From assembly GCA_964199315.1 (NCBI GenBank), contig OZ116711.1:23188001-23252000 (forward strand): 64,000 bases of DNA, in the 5' to 3' direction. The stretch comes from Orbicella franksi (taxonomy: Eukaryota). Positions within the stretch are counted from its first letter, which is position 1. Each line of letters begins with the position of its first letter. A program made the position numbers and the translations under genes. The notes below the pieces were generated by a model. That model was not told the DNA's origin and did no database searches. It saw only the letters and a program-made list of their open reading frames with translations. This document shows, piece by piece, positions 24,001 through 34,769 of this stretch.

Positions 24001-27000
24001 AGGTGTTAGAAAAAATCTCTTCCGTGGGGGACGTATGGATATTTTATGGAACTACACATTTTCAACAAGATGTCAATGTCACTGAAGGCCTACACTTCAT
24101 CTCTTTTTTGCATGTAGTGTGAAGTAAGAGAAATTTGCATTTATCAGTCAAAAAATTGGTATTGGAAAGGCCATAATTGAAATAATAATGGAATCAAAAA
24201 GTAAATGAATTATTACACCCCACCCTTGTTTCTCACCAGGTTTCCTGTCCTACTGGCTGCTTTAACAGTTTTATCCAGCATGTTCTTCTCATCTCCTTCT
24301 TCCGAGTCCTCCTTGTTGTCCATTAATCGTTTCTTGACCATCAGAGAAAAATAATTCACTGTCCTCTCACGGCGACCAAATTCTTCCTCAGCCTCGTCTG
24401 CTGTTAGAGTTTGATATTTGATGTCGGCAGTGAAGTTGTACCAGTTATTGACTGGGACAGCTTCAAATGCTCCATCCTCACACTGAGTCAGTATGTAATA
24501 AGATGAATTCTCATTGATTCCTGCTTCCTTTCGACCAGTAAACCTGTAATTAATAATACAAGCTTAAAAATATGAATTTGTTACAGAGTAACAGAGAAAA
24601 AATCCAATTTGTCATAAACATTTCATTATCAAATGGAAAAAATTATTTATCAGAAATTCACATTAAAAACCATTGACTGAATGAGCAGATCTTCAAGATT
24701 AAAAAGGTCATGATTACATACACCTAACACTGCAAAATGAAATTGCTGGATAATAATTATTAGAGATAATAATTGAAAATGGTAATATGATCATTGTGTT
24801 TATCCAGAGAGAACTATGTTCCTATAACAGTTCAACTAGTTCAACTACCTTCTCCCACTTTTGCCACCAAGCTTCAAATTCCATGGTTCCGCCTCAGGAT
24901 CCTTGGGTTTTGGAACAAACCCACGGCGCTTTTTACGTGCCTCTTCACGTCTTTCTCGACCAAATTCACTACCAGCACCAAAAGCAGGAAGATTTTCACT
25001 TTCTTTTTCTTCTACTGCTTCTGTTTGACGGGACATCTGGGCCTTAAAGGAAAGATAAATAAATAAATAAATAAATATACATTTATATAGCGCCATTTTC
25101 CACTAATTGTCCATGGCGCTTTACAATACTTTAAAATAAAAATCCTAATTCTTTAAAAACCTAAAATCCTAAATCCTAAAAGTTAAAATCCTAAGAATTA
25201 AATACGCTATATAATACAATTAGGCTACAAATAAAAAGTAAAAACTACAAATCAAATGCACGCTTAAAAAGATAAGTCTTAAGATTAGCCTTAAAAACTG
25301 CCTCTGATGATGAAAGTCTGATCTGGAGGGGTAGTTTATTCCAGAGCCTTGGTGCCGCCACGGAAAAAGCCCTTAGATCATAATATTCAAACTATAGAGT
25401 AAAATAAAAAAATATCAATAACAATTATTATAATCTAGCAATTTTATCACTTGCAGGTGATTGGTCTTGAATATTCCCTTGCTAAAAGTGGTGAATATTC
25501 GAGTGATATTGCCCAATCATAACGCCTGTGTCACAAAAAACATTTGGTAGGATAATGAATACAATAGCATATTTGCTATTTCGCTTAACGGAACAGATAA
25601 CATCCAAAGACAAATATCTGTGCATATTTTTGTGCCAGATAGAGGTTACTGTAACTTTATTACATCACTAAAAGCTCACAACAGAGTTGGCAACTAAAAC
25701 CGACATATGATTCAATGTTCAACTTCCTTAGTGCAACAATGTACCTTTGAGATTGATGAGAAGTCTACTTTTGTGCTCTGGAAACGCATCACAGAATATT
25801 TTTTTGCCAAATTCCTTAGAAACCAAAACAAGTATAATAATTAGTAGAGGCAAACTAAAAATATCTGAAAAAGTAATAATAGCATTGTGTCATGATGTTT
25901 TGGTTATCCAGAATAATCAAGAAAAAGTATAGTGCTATTAAACAAAGCTAATTGTTATGGCTGATAATACTAGATACCAAGACTTTGATTATCCCTTTGG
26001 CAAAGGGTTCACTTGTTTGGGTTCAAGTTTTTCCATGGAAGACAGAAAAGATCAGTTAAGTTTCCTACCTTGGTACTCGCACCTTGTACATGTTGCTGTT
26101 GACCGAACCTGCTATAGATCCTGACCCTGAAGACTGTGGCATACCTCCCACCTGATTTAATATAGAGCAAATAAGCCACAAATTTCACATAACCTTCTAT
26201 AGCCACACGATGCTGCATTAAGTCCAAACTTTTAATAATTTTAACCATAACAGGACACCACATGCTAGAAAAGATCAGCTCATAGTCATCATTAACCCAG
26301 ATGCCCAAAGCTAAAAAAAATGGGCTCATGTGTACTAAAGGCGTCCACGGTTGAGTGTCAATCGATACCCTCAATCAATACCCTTGATCAACCCTCAGTC
26401 AATGCACACTCCAACAACACCTCAGTTGACATTCAATCAACACTCCATTGACATCTCAGTCGACAATCAACAAATTTTTGATCGTTACATATGAGTCAGT
26501 CCACACTTGGCTGACTATCCACTGACCGTTTATCAAGTGTTGATCAAGTGTCGATTGAGTATCGATCGAATATCAATTGGGATGTTGATCAAGTACCGAT
26601 TGAGATACTGATTGAGAGCATTGATACACACTCACCCGTGGATGCCTTTAGTACACATGATCCAGAAAATGTACATCAAGACAAAGAATGTTTAGGGCTT
26701 GGTTAGTCAGCAGCTGGTACAAACATTTGAAAATATTAATTTCCTTAGATCAGAATACAATCACAATCACTAAATATAGGCTAACATGAACGATCTACAA
26801 AGTTCCACATTGCTACTAAGCCTATAAGATTATAGATTAATCTAGGTAAAGTAGATGTAGACTATAATATGAAAAAACAGAAACTGAATTTATACAATAT
26901 TCAAGCTTAATAAGAAACTTTTAGCAAGTAAGTCAATAGTTAGGCTTGAGCATAGCCATAAAGATTTTAGCAAGCGTTTTTACCTTTTGTTGAAGGATTG

Positions 27001-27153
27001 TCTTTGCTGTCGCTTGTACTGGCGACACGGTTATTTGTTTCTCCATTATATTTTTTAACCAAAGTGGCAAACAGATGAAAAGAAAATGAAAATGGAGTAG
27101 ACACGAAGGTGCGACACACGAAATATAATCGATAATTATAACGGAGTCGACAT
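21086..27153 (-). CDS. GTF2F1: General transcription factor IIF subunit 1 (RAP74), about 547 aa
   Basis: Exons 26069-26111 (YKVRVPR), 25745-25814, 24849-25042 (FGAGSEFGRERREEARKK, EPWNLKLGGKSGR), 24237-24543 (ENSSYYILTQCEDGAFEAVPVNNWYNFT), 23250-23343, 22929-23081, 22391-22603, 21745-21894, 21086-21459 (winged helix ITEEAVKRYLTRKPMTSKDLL). The two 5'-most exons (26984-27018 and 27143-27153) are tentative. Confidence 0.93.
23869..24058. mobile_element. MITE in a GTF2F1 intron
   Basis: tgtgcagttccaaaaaatagccatac ... gtatggatattttatggaactacaca inverted termini. A related degenerate copy lies near 53515-53690. Confidence 0.75.
25056..25385 (-). mobile_element. 5'-truncated L2/CR1-type LINE 3' end
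   Basis: Minus strand encodes YDLRAFSVAAPRLWNKLPLQIRLSSSEAVFKANLKTYLFKRAFDL*, then a 3'UTR with an 8-bp stem (agcgccat/atggcgct, 25089-25120) and a (TATT)n tail. Confidence 0.85.
26323..26663. mobile_element. MITE in a GTF2F1 intron
   Basis: tcatgtgtactaaaggcgtccacgg ... ccgtggatgcctttagtacacatga (25-bp inverted repeat, 1 mismatch). Confidence 0.8.
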
Positions 27154-27453
27154 CAGACAGGCGCCATGTTGAATTCTTGGTAACCTCTCCAAAAGGATTG
27201 CTACTTTGCAACCACGTCAGAAAGAGAGAGCGAGGAGCCTGGGGCGAGGAGGTGCAGAAAGGGGAGGGGGGTCAGGGAAAAATAGTGGACAAGAAGTTTT
27301 GAGTTTTCATAGACTCAGAAGGCAAGTTTTTTTTCTTCATACTATTGTTTATTTTTTTCCATTATTCTTGCTTAATTGTGTATGTAAAGAGTCTGGAGTA
27401 TACAGAGCAATCTGCTAGCAGCTGTTTTCAACCCGCCACTTTTGAACAAAATT

Positions 27454-28160
27454 ATGCCATTAAGTTCTGAGAAGTTTACGGATGGAAAACTGTAAGAAAT
27501 ACATGCTGCTCCCTGCTGATCATCCTCCCATATCCTTTTTTAAAAATTTATATTGTTTATACATATGCAATTAATTTTTTTCAATATACTGATTATATGT
27601 TTTTTGTTTATTGTTGTTGTTTTTCAATTTTCTTCTGGAGTCAGAAGTTCAAAGCATGACCATCATAATCAGGATTTAAGTCACTGATTGGTATGAAATA
27701 TTTTGATTTTTATCTCAGTTTGGTGGTTTTCACTTAACACAGCTGAGCCCACTATCTTGAACTTTCAAGGGAATGAAAGATAGTTCCAGATAGTGCTGAT
27801 ACTAAATTACTGAAAAAAATATCCGGGGAGCTTAATTTGAGGTATCCGAGTTTGATATAACAATTATCTGTATTTTGAAAAGTTACCATATCCCATACAA
27901 GTCTGTTTGTGCAAGTCACAGAGTATCCGCTAGCATTCAGTCAACATCAGTTGATTGTGGAACAAAATGCAAAAAGATGAAGAAAAAGAATTGTAAGTCA
28001 TGAGCTGGGAAAAATTTATATGGATAATTGGTTAACTTGCTGCTTTGATAAACAATCATATGACCTGAAGCCTTCGCATTTCATGGAAAGTTAAGCAACA
28101 TCTTTTTTTATAAAAAATATTTTTATTTTCCTTTTCACACCAGTAAGATGCTGGACTTAA
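27454..28160 (+). CDS. Candidate 3-exon small-ORF gene (54 aa) or spliced lncRNA, divergent from GTF2F1
   Basis: Exons 27454-27491 (ATG...CT|gtaaga), 27883-27992 (open in matching phase, T|gtaagt) and 28144-28160 (strong acceptor, TAA, then AATAAA at 28160-28165). The middle acceptor (ttttgaaaag) is weak and no family was recognised. Confidence 0.35.
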
Positions 28161-29260
28161 ATAAAGTTAATGCAAACTTGCATCGCAAAAATATGTTCCA
28201 GTCTTCGAGAAATTCAATATCTACAAATCTTTTCATGTCATTTTCTATGTCCCAAATCACTCTTATTCGCAAAGCTTGTTTCAAATGTCTCCATTAATTT
28301 AAAACTCATAAATTTGTCAAACATGCTTTTGCATTTATGTGGATTTTTCATCGATAACAATGATAATTTCATTGCCTCAGGCGAAAAAAATTGAACTAGG
28401 AACATGTCTGCTAAAGACGTCAATGATGTTATGCAAGTTCACTCTTCCGTAAACATCATTCAGAAAATGAGGTACATTATTCATCAAATTGCAACATTGT
28501 CAATATTTAAGAATGCTGATTGGAGATGGGTTGTGTTAATAAATAATTAACTCAGCTTTCTATGGATATTGACACCTGATTGGTCATGTAATAAACCAAT
28601 ATTTCTGCAAAAATTAAACAACTTGACCATGACTGTGAGGCAATAAACGGAACTTGAACAATATTAGGAGAACATTTCAATTAAATATTCTGAAAGGGCT
28701 TGAGAATGTTAATTTGATATAGGCTAGTGTCACTCGCAAATCTGGAGCCTGACAAGACAAAATTCATCAAGTTGAACATTCTGATGACAGATGAAATTCC
28801 CAATAATTGATTGGTTATTTCAACTGACGGTTTACGAAGTTTTGCAATGTATATTATAAAATCACTCTCATGCAAAATATATTACAGTGATCGGTTTCTG
28901 GTCACAACCCAGCAACGTATTGCCAAACAAATAATTTATGTATGTATGTTTGCATGTCTCAATTTCCTCAACGAGAGCCTCGCGTATGATATGTTTATAT
29001 ACAAATTTTTGAGACAAAATGTGTAAAAACTATATGCAAATATTACTCAAGTGTTAACAGATGCTAAAGAATTAAACCACGAACCTGCATGGAAAGCATT
29101 CAAATACTTACCGTACGAACCTTTCAAATCTGTTTTTCAGCAATAAAAAAATGTTTCGAAGTTCTCGCAAAAAATAAATTGAAATTGGCACGTTCAAAAT
29201 TAAAATCACTTTTTGAAACTTTTAACGAAGTTTATAACAAAAATAACTATTTCACAGAGA

Positions 29261-30934
29261 TTATAGAATGATGCAGAATTTTGACTTGGGTTGCGTCTTA
29301 GCTCCTCTTTCGTTGCTTTCAGTCTTGTGTGGTCGAGAATCCACCATCAGGTGGTTATTGTTGCTGTAAGTGCTGAGTGTAGACGTTTTCCGGATAAGGT
29401 CTAATTTCTTTCTCGTAATTCGATGAAGGACTACCCTGTAGGTTCCTGTTATACTGTCCCTTGAATCTCTACATTTCGCAAAATGTTCCGACGAAATTCC
29501 AAGTTCTTTCATCGTGTTCAAGGCATCTCGTTCGTCTTCAGACAACTCCGTACTCTCCGTACCGGAAGGACAGAGACTGTACTTTGTATCAGGCCGTGGA
29601 AACACTTCGCTTTCAAGCCAAGCGGAGTGTTTGATCTCCTCCATTGTAAACCTATCTGTAGGAACAGGTCTCAGAATGTTCCGTAAAAGGAACCGACAGC
29701 GATCGGTCAAAAACTCTGGCAAATAATAAGTTCCATCAAGAATACACTTCTTTAGCTTGCCTACTGTCTCGGCACGGAATGGCATTACGCCAGTGACCAT
29801 GAAATAAAGTAGTATTCCTAAAGCCCAAATATCCACATACACTCCGATGTAGTGTTCATCCTTAAACAATTCCGGGGCGGCATATGGTGGTGAACCACAA
29901 AAAGTATTAAGTGTGCTGTCCTTAGTTGACAATGTACTAAACCCGAAATCTCCAACCTTCACTAAATTCGGACCCGCAATGAACACATTCTCTGCTTTGA
30001 GGTCGCGATGAATTATGTTGTTGTCATGCTGAAATTCAGGAAATGAAACATCATAAGCAACGTTGCAAGTAAAATCGACCTTCATTATTTTACATTGTTA
30101 AAATCTGTATAGTGTACCAGTTGTTCAATCCCCAAACAAGAACGATCGGTCTTAAGACGTTCTAGCTTACAAAATGAAAGCTTACCTTACGTCTTAACGC
30201 TAAATACTTATTTAGCAGGAAACGATGTCGAGTAGCCATACACTCTGTTGGCGCTCTAAAGCTTGTTACATCAAGTGTTGAATGCTTTTATATCATTAAG
30301 GAAAAAAATCCCGTTTTGCCTACTTACCATATGTTCTACTGCGGATGCTACTTGGGCATAAATTCGACGAGCTGTTCGCTCGTGCAATTTTCCCTCGTTC
30401 GAAATTCGAGCGAACAATTCGCCACCAGGCGCGTATTCCATCACGATGTGCAGCTTGGAAAGCGTTTCGATCACTTCATAAAGTCTGATTATATTGGGAT
30501 GATGGAGTTTCTCCATCGAAGAAATTTCCCTAGATAGCAATCGTTGCGTTTTCTGATCCAACTTTGTCTTGTCCAAGATCTTGATAGCAACTTTGTCTGC
30601 AAGTAAAGGTAGCATGTAAGTTCACGCTAAGTGACGCAGGCCGCCATGCAATAATTCTCGATCGCCTAACATTCTTACCTCTTGTAAGTGAATGTATTCC
30701 CATTTTAACCTGGCAAAAGTTCCCACTACCCAATTCTCCTCGAATGCGATAAAATCCAATTCGTTTGCCGAGAGTTATTTCCTTGATATAGCGTTCGTCG
30801 TGAGATAAATCGTACGTCAAGCGTTCGAAAGGTGTCAGACTCTTTTCTCGATGTTGTTGTTCGATGTGTTTGCGTTCTGCTTCTCCTTCACGTTCCCGTG
30901 AGGAAGAATCAGCCATGTTGTTAGACACCGTCAT
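29261..30934 (-). CDS. NIM1K: Serine/threonine kinase NIM1 (AMPK-related), 430 aa (424 aa from second ATG at 30916)
   Basis: Exons 30679-30934, 30328-30596, 29261-30028. Motifs: GKRIGFYRIRGELGSGNF, KVAIKILDKTKLDQKTQRLLSREISSMEKLHHPNIIRLYEV, HRDLKAENV, DFGFST, LNTFCGSPPYAAPE. C-terminal CaaX-type CIIL. Confidence 0.95.
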
Positions 30935-31041
30935 GGTTCTGAAAGGTTTAGGGCCGCCATGGCGAGAGTGACTGATCAATGAAGAGCGGGCGGCCAGTGC
31001 ACTCTGTTGTGACGGCGAACAAAGGCTACGAAGTCCCGGCT

Positions 31042-31055
31042 GTTACTATGGAAAC
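31042..31055. promoter_or_regulatory. RFX X-box upstream of NIM1K
   Basis: GTTACTATGGAAAC, a full match to RTHNYYWTRRNRAC and close to the GTTGCCATGGCAAC palindrome, 108 nt upstream of the ATG at 30934. Confidence 0.65.
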
Positions 31056-32869
31056 CTCTGATCAATTCACTGATTAATTTCTTTGTGTTCGTCTTAGTCG
31101 ATTGTCTCCTAGCGATGCGTCGTACTGTTTTTATTTTCCCAAGACAAAAACAGATTTTTATCTTTCTTTCGATGAGATAAACAAAATATTCAAGTGGATT
31201 AAGCAAAAATACCATAAATCGTTTAGTTAGGCTCAACTATCGGAGAAAATTGTTTTAAAAAGTAGAGATTATGTTTAGCTACAAAACAAACTTCTTGAAA
31301 CTTCGATCTTCACTCTAGGTTGTCAGCTCCAGAGATCATGACCTACATTGTTGCCTATAAGTTGCTTTCTTTCAAACCAATTTAATAAGTTAACTATTAA
31401 CACTTTATTGAAAGCTTAATTATAAATAGTTTGCTGACGATTCTCGTGCCCAGATGAAGGCTGTAATTAAAGAAACGAACTTGTACTTAATTTTGAATTC
31501 TTGCTGATTCCGTGCGGATCAAAGAAAGTGACGTCTGAAATCTGTGATCAAAAGAATCCGAAATTAAAATTTTACACGCCATGTAGTGCAACCAACCAAA
31601 CACGTTGCCGTTGATAACCGGACTTAAATTCTTGGCATTTAAGTATTAAAAGTTATTGCCCGTTAGTCATCCATTTAATTTGGTAACAAAATGATCTTAA
31701 GTTGTAGGGAGGGTATATAAATGTTATAACATTTTTTTAAGTCTAAGTTCTGTATTTCGTGTGTTATTTGAGTTCAGTTCTTCATGTGTCTGCAGGGACG
31801 GCGGAGCCGGGGGTACTGGGGGGGGGGATCATTAGGCCCCCAATTTCAAGCAAAAACTACACAAAATAATAATTTTATAAATATATCCAGACTCTGTAAG
31901 CCCCCCCCCCCCCCCCCGCACCCTCCCAATTACGCTCTGCCATCCCTGGTTTGTCCTGTTCACCGCTGATCATGAATTTCGTCATAACATTGTCAAAGTA
32001 GCTGTGAGTCCACGAAGCGAAAGCCGAGTGGCTCCGCAGACTACTTTGACATTCATTGTCAATAACAGGACAGATGCATGAAAAACTGGCGTTAATTCGT
32101 TTTTTTACGTTAAGAAATTGTCAAATTGTCCTCTCTCGCTCGTTGACGCATCGCATAAATTCATGTGTCTCTCCGCTTATTGACAATGAAATTAAGCCAA
32201 TGAGCCCGCGAGAATTTCTGCAGTTATCGCAAAACTAACAATTGCGGTGACAAAGTGCAACGCAATCGTAATCCAGTCTGTATCGAGATTTTTTGGGACA
32301 GATTTGTTCACCGATTTGGCCTCCCCACAGCAGGGGCAAATTACGTCATACGTGCCTGTACGCAGTCACGTGAACAGCTCCAGATTCGATGCAAGTGTTC
32401 AAAGCTGCAGTCTGGCACTAACTGCAAACTTTGGTGCTGTGATTTTCGGTAATAGGTGGCTCAACCCTCGTCATCAAGAGTGCAGCTCAGCGACGGAAAA
32501 TTTCCATAATTGTGGTCCGAAAACAAATTTTTCGGGACGTGTAGCTTGGCTAATGGCCAGGATATGTGGTTAGAAGAGTTTCCGAGTTGTAGCTTGGACT
32601 AGCTCTGCAGTGACCATGATTTGTTGTCAGAAAACAAACTTTCCTTGTCAGGTAGCTCGCCAAAGAATGAGATTTGTGTTTAGAAATAATTTCACCTTTT
32701 CCATGCATTTGTGTAAACAAGATGTAAGTCGAGCAATTTAAACAAAATTGAAAAGCTATAATGTATTGGTGACGCGCTGTCTGGCAGGGTCGGCTAGTAA
32801 AAAAATTATTTTCTCAAGAAAAAAAAAATAGAGAAAAATATCATAAAAAGGTAAAAATCTCACGTTCGA

Positions 32870-33790
32870 GTTTAAAAACCTCGTTTAAATTAAGTTTACG
32901 TTTATAAACGCTAATAGAGCCAGCATTCTTGATGTCCTCTGGTGAGCCGTTCCAGAGATGAGGTGCCGCAAAAGAGAAGGCACGTCGGCCATAGGATTTT
33001 AGATTAATATTATGGTAAGGAGATTCTTTTGAGACGATCTGAGGTTGCGCGCGGGCTGATAAGTAAGTCCTTGATGTAGCGAGGAGCGAAATCATGAAGG
33101 CCTTTGTAAGTGATAAGGAGGGTCTTGAATTCAATGCGTAAATTTATAGGAAGCCAGTGTAGATCAGCATCTTGGTGACAATGATACGTGGCGGGCAGCA
33201 ATATGTTGTACATTTTGAAGTCTTTTAAGGACGAAGTTAGGTAAACCGTACATCAGCGAGTTACAGTATTCAAGTTTTGAGGCGTGAATGAGGCACCGTA
33301 TTTAAACGTACAACGAATTCAGTTGTGAGGTACGTGAAATCATACCAATATTGCGTAATGGAAGAAAGCCACTTTACAAACAATGTTACATGAGGTAACA
33401 TACAAAGAGACTGATCAAATATAACACCAATGTGACGTGCATTAGAAGAAAAATATACTGTCAAATCACATATTGTAATAAATGATAGAGGAGGCCGAGG
33501 TCCATGCAAGGATACCCTCAGTCTTGTCCTCGTTCATTTTTAGTTTATTACAAAGCATCCAGATGGCGATATCACGAACACAGGCCATCAACTTGGACTC
33601 ACTCCGGTCCATCATCAGGGGAAGACTTAAACTGAGTAATAAATACCGCTGCATGTTGTCCGCATATATGTTTAAGTGAAAATTGATATCATGAGTTCGA
33701 GCAATATGACCACTTGGAGAGGTGTACAGTGAATGTAGCAATGGTCCAAGCACAAACATAAGGGTGCGACGATCAGAAACGGAGCCATAC
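32870..33790 (-). mobile_element. Degenerate L2/CR1-clade LINE reverse-transcriptase fragment
   Basis: Frameshifted pieces: VLGPLL, IYADNMQ (YADD-like), NKLKMNEDKTE, GVIFDQSL, LHWLPINLRIEFKTL, YGRRAFSFAAPHLWN. Confidence 0.88.
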
Positions 33791-34311
33791 ACTTCGACAG
33801 ACCGTACGGTCGGAGAGATACGACTGAAACCCCTTAAACACAGTCCCACTGTTCCCAAAACGACGAGAAAGGCGCGAAAGGTGAATGGTATGGTCAACAT
33901 GTACTGTGTATAACTCTTCGTTTTGCCTTCACGCGTCTAAGAGTGGTTGCTTACACGCTAAGTAACTACTCAATAACAGTTATGGCCTGGGGTGCCTGTG
34001 GACAACACAAAGACAAACGATGTGCGAGTGGCAATGGAAACCTTTTACATTTTATTGTCATTAATTCTGTGCCATATGCTCTCACGTTAGCAATGAAATA
34101 CTGGACTCAGTGAAGTACTATAAAGAGAACTCAAGAGTGTGCAAATACAAATCGTTCCTATGTATGATGATGACTTTTATTAACATTGCTTTAGACTTGT
34201 CCAGCATAAATACTTTATAAATAAAAGTAGTTCATCATATTGAACACAGCCTGCCAGAGCTGTTCTGAAGTGTCGCCGAGTCCTCTGAAATCAACTCGAT
34301 GCTGCTGTGTA

Positions 34312-34715
34312 TCACCGTGAGTGCTTTTCTGCTCCAGCCCCCCTGGATGTGTCTCGAACCTTCCGCATGGCCAACTTCCTGTATCTCTCAAGTTCCTGCA
34401 AAGAACAAAAGCAATTTACAAAGTAATTTAAAAAGTACTTCACAACCAAGACTTCGAAACATTTCAGTTGAGCACCGGGGGGTCAGGAAATAACTAACAT
34501 AACAAAAACCTCGGCCAATCATGTTCAAAATCGCGGTAATCAAATGGAATACTTGATACTTCATCTATCTTCAGCTGCTTGTGATTAAAAAATCACAAGG
34601 GTATTTATCTATCTCAAAGCATTTTTGTACCTATAATTTCTAACCTTTTGCCAGACTATGCAAAAAATAATACTAAGAATAATATTATTTCCATTGAAGT
34701 TTGTCAGTAAACAGC

Positions 34716-34769
<54 letters not shown>

